A stretch of DNA of 64,000 nucleotides from NCBI GenBank assembly GCA_965240465.1, contig OZ251219.1:1504001-1568000 (forward strand). The letters are read 5' to 3'. Position numbers and translations under genes: made by a program. The notes under the pieces were generated by a model. It was not told the DNA's origin. It ran no database searches and saw nothing but the letters and a program-made list of their open reading frames with translations. The stretch comes from a bacterium. Lineage in GTDB: Bacteria > SAR324 > JACQKK01. This document shows positions 1 to 10,234 of this stretch, one piece after another (within the stretch, counting starts at the first letter, position 1; each line of letters begins with the position of its first letter).

Positions 1-1238
1 CCAAAACCATTAAAAAACAACTGGCTACCCCTATATGACCCAGGGGTTATTTCATAGTAACCTCCTAAATTGCGATCATAACCAGCCTGTTCTTCGTCGC
101 CAGAGGCATTCATGGTTTGCAGAGTTAGTTCATTTTTATCAAAATAAAAATTAAGTTCACTTTCATAAAATCTTCCTGTGTAGGATGAATTAATTTCTTC
201 TCCCGTGCTCAATGTTTGCCCTTCATATCCAATATTAAATCTGCGATAAGGATGATAAACACGCTCCCCATTAACTCCCAGAACTTGTAGCCTAAAATGT
301 AGTATAGGATTCTCCCAATTTAGATGAAAACCGTAAGTATATATTCCTTTTACATCATAGTAGACGAGGGTATTATTATCGTCATAGATAAGGGTTGGGT
401 CTTTATTTATTTCGTTATCTTCGGGATTATTAGTTTCTTTTTTGTAATCAGAAAATCCCGGACCAAGATTTTTTCCTAGCGGAATGTTACTTTCTGTATG
501 CTCAAAAATGAATAATTCATTACTAAAATGTCTCTTTCTTCCTGCTGGAGCTTCTTCATCCCAGAAGGTATACAAAAGACTGATATGATTGATAACATCT
601 AATTTGTATTCTCCCACAAATGCCGTACCAAAGGGAACACACCAGCTTTTTGCCCGACAATCAAAGGTTATCGCTGGGATATTAGCCTCAAATACTGCTC
701 CCCTGTTGCCCCCTAGCGACAAGTATTTTTTACCAATGTATATTGGCGAGCGAGGATTAGGCTCATATCGCAACCAAGATTCATACAGGGCTACCCCGTT
801 ATCTGAGCCTTCTGAGCGAGACTCAAAACTATTTTTTTTATCGCGCAATTCGTTTGTCTTTACCAGATTGTTTCCTAGCTGAAGTACCATATTGATGGAA
901 ACATCAGGATGTGTCACGGTTCGTAATCCAAAACGCAGGTTTTGATAGGGTGTGTTCTTTAGATTTTCTGTAAGCTCTCCAAACTCTTTGTTGTCGTTGT
1001 AGCGTAGCCAAGCTGAGAATTCGGCATCGGCCTCTACACCCCTTAGTACCAAGAGGCGTTCCTCTACTTCTTCATATTCACCTTTCTCCAAAGGCTGAAA
1101 ATTAATTTGTGCAAAGGTGGTCTGCGGAGTACCACAAAAAGACATCGCCAATAAAAGCACGGCAATCGGTGGCATTAATTGCCTAAACGCAAACAAATGT
1201 TTAAGGCGATAATTCTTGGAATGTTTTATGAGTATCAT
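1..1238 (-). CDS. Partial exported protein, possibly an outer-membrane beta-barrel; runs off the left edge
   Basis: Manual translation from the ATG at 1238 (MILIKHSKNY...IAVLLLAMSFCGTPQTTFAQ, signal-like) stays open to position 1. Aromatic-rich alternating segments. Absent from the ORF track because no stop lies in the window. Confidence 0.65.
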   Translation of the reverse strand, partial: MILIKHSKNYRLKHLFAFRQLMPPIAVLLLAMSFCGTPQTTFAQINFQPLEKGEYEEVEERLLVLRGVEADAEFSAWLRYNDNKEFGELTENLKNTPYQNLRFGLRTVTHPDVSINMVLQLGNNLVKTNELRDKKNSFESRSEGSDNGVALYESWLRYEPNPRSPIYIGKKYLSLGGNRGAVFEANIPAITFDCRAKSWCVPFGTAFVGEYKLDVINHISLLYTFWDEEAPAGRKRHFSNELFIFEHTESNIPLGKNLGPGFSDYKKETNNPEDNEINKDPTLIYDDNNTLVYYDVKGIYTYGFHLNWENPILHFRLQVLGVNGERVYHPYRRFNIGYEGQTLSTGEEINSSYTGRFYESELNFYFDKNELTLQTMNASGDEEQAGYDRNLGGYYEITPGSYRGSQLFFNGF

Positions 1239-1353
1239 GCTTTTAATCAATATGGTGAAGAATTGTAGCAAAAACAAATTGCATCAACTAAAAAATATCA
1301 TTGTATATCAAGTGCCTTCTTTGTAATTCACATCTTTTGGTACACAAAGTTTA

Positions 1354-2586
1354 TCATTTTAATTCTTTCAATCTAGCCATCAAGTATTCCATAGTACGCT
1401 TTCCTTTTATGCGATTACAGTTACTACATAAAAGTTGTAAATTCTCTATTTCACTTCCGCCACCGTGAATTTCTGGCACAATATGGTCTGTGTCAAAATG
1501 TCTGATTCCAAATTTTTCCTTACACCCATTGCATTTACCGTCCTGCTTGCCAAAGAGAAAAAATTTATCTTCTTTGGTGGATTTTTTCTTAAAGTCCTTG
1601 TCTGTGCGGGTGGGAATGTCTGTTCTGTAAATAGGTTTATCTCTAAGCAGGTCTTTTGGAACTTCTTTTTTCAAGCGGGCTTTCACCAATTCAAAGGCTT
1701 TTGGTGCGACATCAATCCCGATCCACTTACGTCCCAAGCGTTCAGCAGCGATGCAGGTGGTGGCACAACCACAAAAAGGGTCAAGTACTAAACCTTCTGG
1801 GGGACATGAGGCTTGTATAATGCGTTCTAAAAGGGCAAGTGGCTTTTGAGTGGGATAACCTGTGCGTTCTTTAGCAGTTGGTGATAGAATACCTATATCC
1901 CATACATCACGAATATGAGATCCGAGTGACTGCTCGCCAGATTTCTTGCCACGCATACGCTTGCCCTTCTCATCAAACACATTAAGTATTTTTAATCCCC
2001 CATCTGCTTTTAAGGTGGAATCTGCCAAGGGTTCAAAAAGTTGATTCCAAAAAAATATGTTTGAATTTGTGTAGCGTAGCAAAATATCGTGCATTCTTTG
2101 AAAGCTCCTTTGTTTTGCAGGCCAACGCCTATAAGACCACACAATCTCGTTCTTAAAATGTTGGTGACCAAAGATAGTGTCTAGCAATAGCTTAAGGTAA
2201 TGGCTGGCGGTAGGATCACAATGTAGATATAGACTACCTGTGTCTTTTAATACACGGTGCATTTCAAACAAACGCACAGCCATATAAATCAAATAGTATT
2301 TGGCAGTACGGCTACCTATATCGCCTACGGCATCTAAGTACTTATAGAGCTCTGGCTGGCGGGCTTTGATTTCCTCATGCCACTCTTCTTTGACTGATTC
2401 TTCGTGCCAAATATCATCAAAAGTAGCCCCCTCAGCTTCACTGCCCACCGGAGCATGAAACTGCTTGCCCTTGTTAAAAGGCAGATCCAAGTAAATCAGG
2501 TCAATGCTGTCGCTGTTAATGCCACGTATGACTTCCAAGTTGTCACGACAAAAAATGGTGCTGGATTTCAAGGTTATCTGTGACAT
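1354..2586 (-). CDS. N6/N4 DNA methyltransferase (beta class) fused to a C-terminal HNH endonuclease domain
   Basis: DLIYLDLPFN (motif IV-like), YPTQKP, VLDPFCGCATT (motif I); C-terminal CNGC...DHIVP...GG...NLQLLCSNCNRIKG. Confidence 0.9.
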   Translation of the reverse strand: MSQITLKSSTIFCRDNLEVIRGINSDSIDLIYLDLPFNKGKQFHAPVGSEAEGATFDDIWHEESVKEEWHEEIKARQPELYKYLDAVGDIGSRTAKYYLIYMAVRLFEMHRVLKDTGSLYLHCDPTASHYLKLLLDTIFGHQHFKNEIVWSYRRWPAKQRSFQRMHDILLRYTNSNIFFWNQLFEPLADSTLKADGGLKILNVFDEKGKRMRGKKSGEQSLGSHIRDVWDIGILSPTAKERTGYPTQKPLALLERIIQASCPPEGLVLDPFCGCATTCIAAERLGRKWIGIDVAPKAFELVKARLKKEVPKDLLRDKPIYRTDIPTRTDKDFKKKSTKEDKFFLFGKQDGKCNGCKEKFGIRHFDTDHIVPEIHGGGSEIENLQLLCSNCNRIKGKRTMEYLMARLKELK

Positions 2587-2641
2587 ATCACCATCATAAG
2601 TTGTTATTGTGCATATTCAACCGTGTACTCAGCGATATAAA

Positions 2642-3289
2642 TCACCTTTCCTTAGGAATTTTGGGATTGTGGATTTTTTCATAGCCGATGGTACTTGTAA
2701 GCATTGTTGGGTGATAGTTATGTCCGGGCAACACCTTGATGTTATCATCCAGCTTAATTAGCCTAGCCAGCGATTGCTGCATTACATTAGCATCTCCGTT
2801 GGGCAGATCCGTGCGTCCGCAGCTACCACAAAAGAGGGTATCCCCAGTGAACAGGGAGTCATTTACCAAGAAGCACTGAGAGCCCTTGGTGTGTCCTGGG
2901 GTATGGAGGCAGGTTATTTTAAGGGTGCCAACCTCTAATTGAGAGCCTTCTTGGGTGGTTTTTATAAGATTTTCTGGGGCGGGTGTAGATTGTTTTTCGG
3001 CCTCGTGAACGAAGATAGGTAAGGGTTCTGGCAATTTTTGTAACAGGCTTTCTAGGCCTTCTATTTCTATAAGTCCCAGAAAATTTTTGCCACCTACGTG
3101 ATCGGGATGGGTATGGGTCAATAAAACGGATGCAAGAGTTAGCTTTTCTTGTGCTATCTTATCCAGCAAGATTTGAATATCCCAGGCGGGGTCAATCAAG
3201 GCTACTTGGCGGGTTTCGGGGCAGCCTAAAATATAAATAAAGTTAGCCATTTGGCCTAGCTGCAGTTGTCGTATAATTGGCTGTGTCAT
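2642..3289 (-). CDS. MBL-fold metallo-hydrolase (glyoxalase II-like)
   Basis: THTHPDH, HTPGHT, FTGDTLF, LPGH motifs. Confidence 0.9.
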   Translation of the reverse strand: MTQPIIRQLQLGQMANFIYILGCPETRQVALIDPAWDIQILLDKIAQEKLTLASVLLTHTHPDHVGGKNFLGLIEIEGLESLLQKLPEPLPIFVHEAEKQSTPAPENLIKTTQEGSQLEVGTLKITCLHTPGHTKGSQCFLVNDSLFTGDTLFCGSCGRTDLPNGDANVMQQSLARLIKLDDNIKVLPGHNYHPTMLTSTIGYEKIHNPKIPKER

Positions 3290-3351
3290 TATTTTTCCTG
3301 TAAAAGTGTTGGCGACTTATCCTAATGGAATTTTGATTAAGAGTTTTTAAG

Positions 3352-4503
3352 TTAAGAAAAGTTTTCCCCAGAAGCAATAGCATAGCCTGCCATGATTTGC
3401 TGGGATATGTGTTCGGCTGAAAACATGCTTATATGTTTAGGGATTGCATTTCTGAGCTTTTTTCTGAGAGTGTCGTCAACAAGTAATTTTTGGAGTTGAT
3501 GGGCGATATGTTCAGGGTCTTGAGGATCGGCTAGCAGGCAAGCCTTACCACCTGCTTCTGGCATGCTACTGCAATTTGAGGTAAGGCAGGTAGCATTACA
3601 CTGAAGGGCTTCTAACACAGGCAAGCCAAAACCTTCCATTATAGATAGGTATGTACAAGCTCTAGCTTGTGCATAGAGAGCTGGAATATCCATAAGATTA
3701 ACATGTCCCAAGAAGTGGACTTGTTTTGAAATACCCAGGGATGTTGCCAGCCGTTTCAGTTTTTTTCCATAGTTGCTAAAAGCCCCCACAAAAAAGATGT
3801 GAAAATCTTTACGCACAGAAATTGGGAGCTGATAGAAAGCCTGTAGTAGCATGTGTCCGTTTTTTCTTGGTTCTAGCGAGCCTAATTGCAATATAAAGTT
3901 TTGAGGAAGTTGGTAGGTTTTACGGACTCGCTGTTGTTCTTTGGGGGAGAAGTTTTCTGGGTTGTAAATGGTGTCTGCAGAGGGGTAGATGACTTGTACT
4001 TTTTCGGGAGGGATGGAGAATGCGTCACAGAGGTCATTCTTGGTGGCTTGTGAGACTGCAAATATACGGTTTGTAGACTGAGCAGCACTTTTGAAGCGGC
4101 GTTGATAATAAAAGCGGTCAACAGCAGGATATAATTTAGGATGATGCAAAAAAATTAAATCGTGAATGGTTACCACAGTAGGACAAGCCAACCGCTTGGG
4201 AAGTACATTGCTAAGCCCGTGATAAAGAATTAGTTGGTGTTCTTGAGCTTGTTTTTTTATTTTTATGAAACGCAGATATTGTTGTCGCCATTTACTGGGT
4301 CTTTTTTTAGGGGCATGTACTGTGGCATTGTCTGGTAGCTGAAAATGAGGAGGTTGCCATTCGGGATGCAATGGCACAGGCGAGTACAGGTGCATCTTAA
4401 GAGCAGGAGCATGGTTGCCAAGTGCAACAATCAGATTACGAGAATAGTTACCTAGCCCGCGATGGTTTTCTGCAAAACGTTTAGCATCAAAGCCGATGTT
4501 CAT
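3352..4503 (-). CDS. Glycosyltransferase family 4
   Basis: MNIGFDAKR start, TIHDLIF, GSLEPRKN, EGFGLPVLEA; start moved to ATG 4503. Confidence 0.9.
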   Translation of the reverse strand: MNIGFDAKRFAENHRGLGNYSRNLIVALGNHAPALKMHLYSPVPLHPEWQPPHFQLPDNATVHAPKKRPSKWRQQYLRFIKIKKQAQEHQLILYHGLSNVLPKRLACPTVVTIHDLIFLHHPKLYPAVDRFYYQRRFKSAAQSTNRIFAVSQATKNDLCDAFSIPPEKVQVIYPSADTIYNPENFSPKEQQRVRKTYQLPQNFILQLGSLEPRKNGHMLLQAFYQLPISVRKDFHIFFVGAFSNYGKKLKRLATSLGISKQVHFLGHVNLMDIPALYAQARACTYLSIMEGFGLPVLEALQCNATCLTSNCSSMPEAGGKACLLADPQDPEHIAHQLQKLLVDDTLRKKLRNAIPKHISMFSAEHISQQIMAGYAIASGENFS

Positions 4504-4693
4504 GAGGCACACAGTGGCTGTAGCAGATTTTTTGTATTTTCCATTTCTTGGGGAACACCGATTAAAAGTGGTTGGGAAAGTCGGCAATTATCATCGGTTG
4601 ATAGCATATTTTTAACATTCGGCAGACCACCATCAAGATGCTTATTCGTGCCTTACTAGCGAGTAAGAAACAAGGCTACCGCTATATCCCATA

Positions 4694-6127
4694 CTAAACG
4701 CTATCGTATAGCAAACTATCCAGAGACCCGTAGCCGCTGCTAACACCCCCCTCATCGTAATGTTCAGGCTTGGTACGCACCAAAAAACCAATGTCTTGAT
4801 TGATTATATCTCGCTCTCCTTCTGCCAGTAAGATCCCAAAACGTCCTATCTCGCTGACTGATTTCAGTGGTAGAACACTACCAGAATGGGATGTCACTAG
4901 GATAGTCTGGTGAGTAACAGGATGGATCTTACTCATTAGAACCCATGCTTGCCTTTCGCTTGGTGATAATTGGTTAAGTTTTTGTGACAGAGCTTGGTTA
5001 AACAGATTGTGTCCACCACCTTCTCTTTGAGGCTTTAGAACAAATTCATGAGGGCTTTCAAGGGCTTTCTTCCAAGCGGGAAGACCATCTCGCAGAGGTT
5101 CATCTAGTGAGTACATGGGGGTGAGGGTTTTGGGCAGATCTGGGGGACAATTGGGGGCAAAGCGTTTCAACAAATCAGGCTGACAAAGCAATTGCTGCGT
5201 TTTCTTTAGCCCAGCTAGTTGTCCAGCAGCATCGGGGATTTCTACCGTGGATGAGTGAGCTAACAATTTTCTGCCTTTCCATGCATCTGGATGAGCAATA
5301 TCTTCGGGTCGGTATCCAGAACGAAAGCAAGCCACTGCTATCTTGATGTTTCCGATCCACAGGTCAGCATTTTTCAGTCTTCCTTCTTGACCAATGTTGC
5401 TAAGAGTCATTCGCCTGACAGGGACATCTCGCTGGATTAGCTCTTGCTCTAACAGATGCTGATCGGCAAGATTTGTTTCATCGGGCTGTACGACCATCAA
5501 AAAGTAGCTGTTTTTGTGATCACATTTATGAAAAGCAGCGGTTAGTGAATCTGCTGTGTTTTTTAGACAAGGATTATTAACCAAGTTAGCTAACCAAGAA
5601 GTTTTATGTAGTAAAAAATGATGTAATTGATGAATGCGGCTGGCTAGGGCTACACAACTTACCGATTGAGTATTGATTTCTACCAGCTTAGGAACAAATA
5701 CTGGTACAGAAGAGTGATCGGGCGATAAATCAATGGGAGTAGCGGGGGAAATAAAGAAATCATGTCGGTTAAGATATAGTTTAAGAGGTTGTGTATCACA
5801 GGCGGGTAGTAAGCTCAGCAAGCATTTTACAAAGGGATCTTCTGTGGTTTCCAGTGCTTCTCGCAGGAAGGAATGGTCTTGTGCTATGGCATGGATGAGG
5901 CGGTTGAAATGTGGAGTTAGTTCAATAAGTTGAGTAAGGGTCTCAGGTGAAATAGGGGACGGTGTTAAAGCAAAATTAAGCGGCTGAGCTGGTTGTTTGA
6001 GGGGAAATTTAAGCAAATTCAGCGTATTGGCAAGGGAGCGTGCTTCTACTAAGCGAGGAGAGAGCAACTCTATTAACTGAGAACGATTAGAGCCAGTACG
6101 TATCTTATTTGTGCTAGTGGAGTTCAT
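4694..6127 (-). CDS. Eukaryote-type glutathione synthetase (GSS/GSH2-like ATP-grasp)
   Basis: EINTQSVS, FRSGYRPED, QLAGLKKTQQ, FVLKPQREGGGHN, SEIGRFG, GFLVRTK, EGGVSSGYGSLDS; 477 aa. Confidence 0.85.
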   Translation of the reverse strand: MNSTSTNKIRTGSNRSQLIELLSPRLVEARSLANTLNLLKFPLKQPAQPLNFALTPSPISPETLTQLIELTPHFNRLIHAIAQDHSFLREALETTEDPFVKCLLSLLPACDTQPLKLYLNRHDFFISPATPIDLSPDHSSVPVFVPKLVEINTQSVSCVALASRIHQLHHFLLHKTSWLANLVNNPCLKNTADSLTAAFHKCDHKNSYFLMVVQPDETNLADQHLLEQELIQRDVPVRRMTLSNIGQEGRLKNADLWIGNIKIAVACFRSGYRPEDIAHPDAWKGRKLLAHSSTVEIPDAAGQLAGLKKTQQLLCQPDLLKRFAPNCPPDLPKTLTPMYSLDEPLRDGLPAWKKALESPHEFVLKPQREGGGHNLFNQALSQKLNQLSPSERQAWVLMSKIHPVTHQTILVTSHSGSVLPLKSVSEIGRFGILLAEGERDIINQDIGFLVRTKPEHYDEGGVSSGYGSLDSLLYDSV

Positions 6128-6178
6128 AGTGTAAAAGGTATTAATGGTCTTCCCCTATTTATTGCACGGAAATGACAG

Positions 6179-6868
6179 ATGAATAAATGCTTAGTCTCTG
6201 TCTCTGATTTGCACAAAGAATATCGGGAGGGTGGAGGTATCCTTCCCGTGTTAAGTGGGGCGTGCTTAGAAGTATCGGAAGGTGAAACTGTTGCGATAAT
6301 GGGGGCATCGGGGAGCGGCAAGAGTACATTGTTGCATATCTTGGGTGCATTGGACACTCCTAGTAGTGGTGATGTTCGGGTAGCAGGATATAATTTAGTA
6401 GCACTAAAAGCTACCGACGCGGCTGATTTTCGTAATCGGGTGATCGGCTTTGTGTTTCAATTTCATCATTTGTTAATGGATTTTACAGTGTTGGAAAATG
6501 TGATGATGCCCGTGTGGATTTCTCAAGGTCGTACGGTGCGTTGTAGAGAGAATGCCTTAGAACTACTAGAAGCGGTAGGACTGGTTAATCGTGCGGAACA
6601 TAAACCTTTTCAGATTTCGGGCGGTGAGCGTCAACGGGTAGCAATTGCACGAGCATTGATGAATCGCCCCAAGGTGTTGCTAGCCGATGAACCCACTGGA
6701 AGTTTGGACAGAACAAACTCCGAAAAAATTGCTGAATTATTACTCAAGTTAAACAAGAATTTTGGGCTGACACTAATACTAGCAACCCACAACCCCATGG
6801 TAGCCGCTGGAGTTTCCAAATGCCTGTTTTTGCGTGATGGTGAGTTACATGAGAACTCTTCTGTATAA
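6179..6868 (+). CDS. lolD: Lipoprotein-releasing ABC transporter ATPase
   Basis: GASGSGKST, FVFQFHHLL, SGGERQRVAIARAL, LADEPTGSLD; directly upstream of bamA. Confidence 0.85.
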   Translation: MNKCLVSVSDLHKEYREGGGILPVLSGACLEVSEGETVAIMGASGSGKSTLLHILGALDTPSSGDVRVAGYNLVALKATDAADFRNRVIGFVFQFHHLLMDFTVLENVMMPVWISQGRTVRCRENALELLEAVGLVNRAEHKPFQISGGERQRVAIARALMNRPKVLLADEPTGSLDRTNSEKIAELLLKLNKNFGLTLILATHNPMVAAGVSKCLFLRDGELHENSSV

Positions 6869-6897
6869 TCCTTTGCAGTTCTCCTTGGAAAGACCTA

Positions 6898-6971
6898 ATA
6901 GCATGCTTCATTATAGTATGCTTCATTATAGTATGCTTCATTATAGTATGCTTCACTATAGTATGCTTCAT
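6898..6971. repeat. 15-bp tandem repeat (ATAGTATGCTTCATT), about 5 copies
   Basis: Read directly; encodes SMLHY repeats in the bamA frame. Confidence 0.95.
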
Positions 6972-9449
6972 CTCATTTTTGGACTACTTGAGGAAGTAGT
7001 TCGGGCGTTTTTTCAATCAGCAAGACTACTTTTTTTTCGGGGAATAATCCTAGCAGTACTTTTATTTGGTCTATTGTTGCTGGCACCGAATGCGTATTCA
7101 CAAATCAGCGAACTTAATGGGGTAAAGATTGTAAATGTACAAATAGAAGGTCTGCAAACAGTCGCCTCAGGAGAAATCTTAGGTCGGGTGTTATCAAAGG
7201 TGGGCAACAATTTACAAGTGGAGCTGTTAACACAGGACATTAAAAAAATTCACGCCTTAGGTTTTTTTAGCAATGTTCAAGTGTTAACAGAGCCAGAAAA
7301 GAATGGAATAAAGCTCATATTTCGGGTGACCGAAAGATTGCGGATCGGAGAACTGGAGGTGATAGGCAGCCAGCTGTTAAGCAAGAGTGTTAGAGATAAA
7401 GCAATCACCTTGCGAGAAGGAGAAGTCCTTCTAAAATCCAAATTGGAAGATAATTTAGAATCTTTGAGGCGAGAGTATCGTAAGAAGGGATATTACAAAA
7501 CACGGGTATCTGTAACACAAGAACTCCTTTCAAAAGGGAAAGCACGAGTTACTATAGTGGTGGAAGAAGACCCACGAGTGTACGTCACCAGGATTCGGAC
7601 CCAGGGCAACAAAGCGTTCAGCGGGTTACAGATTCGCCGCTGGATGCGATCTGCCGAAGTAGATTGTTTTAGTTGGATAAATCAATCTGGTTTATTCCAA
7701 GAGGAAAGGATTAACTACGATTTGCAGGCTATCAGCCTAGAATACCTACAACGAGGCTATGTGCGAGTGTTGCTCAAGAAGCCAAAAATAGTATTAGTGC
7801 GTAAACGAGGACATTATGCGGCTCATGTAGATCTATCCATAGTTGAGGGAGAGCAGTACAGCACCCGTATAGTAGATATTCAGGGGGACATCTTAGGTAA
7901 TAAAAGCACAATGCTGAAATTATTAGGTATTAAGTCTCAGGAAGTATTCAATGCACGGGAGCATAATCAGGATATATTTAGATTGCGTAGCCAGTATCAG
8001 GAGCAAGGATATGCTTTTGTGCGTGTTATTCCTGATGTAAGGATTAATGATGAACTCCGTACGGTGGACGTTGTCTATCAGATTTTTCAGGGAGAAAGGG
8101 CGTACATTGGTCGGATAGAGATTCAGGGCAATGACACAACGCATGATCATGTGATTCGCAGGGAGTTTTCACTGACTGAAAACACTTTGTACAATGGAAA
8201 GAAGCTAAAGGAATCTCAAGCAAATTTATCACGCTTGGGATTTTTTGAGCCATCTTTATCTGTTGATACCGAGGTGAGCGATGTAGACAATGTGCTGAAT
8301 GTGGCTACTAAAGTTACTGAGGGGCGTACGGGAAGTTTTCAGTTGCAGCTAACTTATGGAGAGACCACTGGAATACAGACAATTTTTTCGGTGGCTAAGA
8401 CCAATTTTTTGGGTCGCGGGCAAACCATTCGCTTAGATCTGCAAGCAGCTCAGAAGCAGAACGAACGCTCAGCAAGATTGAGTTTTACGGAACCATATTT
8501 ACTAGGAACTTCCATTTCCAGTACCACCTCTTTGTCTTTTTCCCGAGATGATGATTCTTCTGAGCTAGAGCGTGGTTTATTAAGGATAGAAACGGTATCG
8601 CAATCATTATCGCGGAAAATTATTGGACTGTTAAGAGGTAGTATTTCGGTGGCACTTGAAGATGTAGAATTTGAAAAAGATCCCGAATATAACCAGCAAC
8701 TACAATCCACGACTTTGGGATTATCATGGAATACGGTCAATCACCCGATTTTTCCATCCAGTGGAGGTTCTGTGGGGGCATTTGCCACCAATGTAGAAGG
8801 AAGTTCTCGGTTTCGTCGCTACACCCTGAATGGGAGAAAGTTTTTTAGGCTGGACTCTGAAAACATGCTGGTGTTGATGATGCGAGCTCGCTTAGGTTGG
8901 CTAGAAAAAATGGGAGAAGAAGACATCCCCGCTGAACAGCGTTATAGACTGGGAGGAGCTTATACCCTACGAGGATATAGCTACTTGGAAATCGGAGGAG
9001 CATATGGACGCAGACAGCAGGCACTCAATAGTTCATCGGCATTATTCACCGATCTTGAAGGCAACCCCATCGCAGGAAGTAATGGCTATCCTATCAATGG
9101 CTCACAAGACCAGCGTACTATTGGACTTGACCAAGAACAGCGAGATAAATTATCTGGAGGAGGAATTCAACAGCGATTGTTTAACATAGAACTATTGTTA
9201 CCCTTATCGGGACCTGCTTTTCGCAGTGCGATATTCTATGATGCGGGCCAAGTTAACTCAGAAACAGAGCAATATGAGATTCTCGGGACTCCTGAGCCGA
9301 GTTTCTTTGATCTGCGTCAATCTTATGGGGCCGGAATTAGAATTATCACACCGCTGGGGGTACTACGCTTTGAATACGGAATAAAAATAAATCCCCAGCA
9401 AAACGAAGACTCAGATGATTTTGAATTTACCATCAGCTCTTTGTTTTGA
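6903..9449 (+). CDS. bamA: Outer membrane protein assembly factor BamA; start uncertain
   Basis: POTRA-like repeats, GNDTTHDHVIRRE, NFLGRGQ, LRGY loop, GAGIRIITPLG, terminal F. Confidence 0.92.
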   Translation: MLHYSMLHYSMLHYSMLHYSMLHLIFGLLEEVVRAFFQSARLLFFRGIILAVLLFGLLLLAPNAYSQISELNGVKIVNVQIEGLQTVASGEILGRVLSKVGNNLQVELLTQDIKKIHALGFFSNVQVLTEPEKNGIKLIFRVTERLRIGELEVIGSQLLSKSVRDKAITLREGEVLLKSKLEDNLESLRREYRKKGYYKTRVSVTQELLSKGKARVTIVVEEDPRVYVTRIRTQGNKAFSGLQIRRWMRSAEVDCFSWINQSGLFQEERINYDLQAISLEYLQRGYVRVLLKKPKIVLVRKRGHYAAHVDLSIVEGEQYSTRIVDIQGDILGNKSTMLKLLGIKSQEVFNAREHNQDIFRLRSQYQEQGYAFVRVIPDVRINDELRTVDVVYQIFQGERAYIGRIEIQGNDTTHDHVIRREFSLTENTLYNGKKLKESQANLSRLGFFEPSLSVDTEVSDVDNVLNVATKVTEGRTGSFQLQLTYGETTGIQTIFSVAKTNFLGRGQTIRLDLQAAQKQNERSARLSFTEPYLLGTSISSTTSLSFSRDDDSSELERGLLRIETVSQSLSRKIIGLLRGSISVALEDVEFEKDPEYNQQLQSTTLGLSWNTVNHPIFPSSGGSVGAFATNVEGSSRFRRYTLNGRKFFRLDSENMLVLMMRARLGWLEKMGEEDIPAEQRYRLGGAYTLRGYSYLEIGGAYGRRQQALNSSSALFTDLEGNPIAGSNGYPINGSQDQRTIGLDQEQRDKLSGGGIQQRLFNIELLLPLSGPAFRSAIFYDAGQVNSETEQYEILGTPEPSFFDLRQSYGAGIRIITPLGVLRFEYGIKINPQQNEDSDDFEFTISSLF

Positions 9450-9690
9450 TATTGTATGCCTTGTCGGTTGTTAATATCTTCATATGATGATATGTTTCCG
9501 TACCCATGCCCTTAACAAGCTTGGCAGGCTAATCATTACAGAGGGCAGATAAAAACTTTTGACCATGCAATATCGTTTAACTCTCAAACCGCTTGTGATG
9601 CCGCGTGTTGTGCCGTGTGTGTTGCTATTATTAGATCGTTTAATATCTTGGCGAGGTACCCTATCAATCAAATTGGGGGGGGTGTGCTCA

Positions 9691-10218
9691 TTGAAGGTAT
9701 TTTTTGCATTTATGGTGGGTGGAATTATTTTCCCTGCTTTTGTGGTAGGTAATGTTCAGGCAGAAGCAAAACAGGGGTTGAAAATTGCGGTAGTGGATAT
9801 GAATAGGATATTAAATGAGTCTAAAGCTGGTCGTGGTGAAAAAAATAAATTATTGGCAAAACGCGATAAATTGCAAAAAGAATTAAGCATTAAGGAGACT
9901 GAATTCAAAGAAAAAGTGGCTGCTCTGGATGCCAATTTACTGCTGACTGAAGAAGCCCGTAAGCAAGAAGAATTGAAATTACGCCGGCAATTTCAAGAAT
10001 TGCAAGCCCAGATGAAAGATTCCCAAGCTGATCTATCTAAACGGGAACTTGTAGCTACCCAGAGGGTGTTTAAGAAAGCAGAGAGAATTGTTAGAAGATT
10101 AGCCAAAGAAGGCGATTACGACCTCGTTTTGGAGCGTACTAGTGCTGAAACGGTGCTGTATACAAGAGAGCCCTTAGAGGATATTACTAAGCAAGTAATT
10201 TCTGAGATTGGTAATTGA
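9691..10218 (+). CDS. skp: Periplasmic chaperone Skp/OmpH
   Basis: KIAVVDMNRILNES followed by coiled coil; lies after bamA. TTG 9691 taken as the likely start (ORF track begins at 9559). Confidence 0.85.
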   Translation: MKVFFAFMVGGIIFPAFVVGNVQAEAKQGLKIAVVDMNRILNESKAGRGEKNKLLAKRDKLQKELSIKETEFKEKVAALDANLLLTEEARKQEELKLRRQFQELQAQMKDSQADLSKRELVATQRVFKKAERIVRRLAKEGDYDLVLERTSAETVLYTREPLEDITKQVISEIGN

Positions 10219-10234
10219 AGGATAGAGTTGCAAA

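Noticed and set aside
589-882. 97-aa + strand ORF
   Set aside because: It is antisense to the longer open frame at 1-1238.
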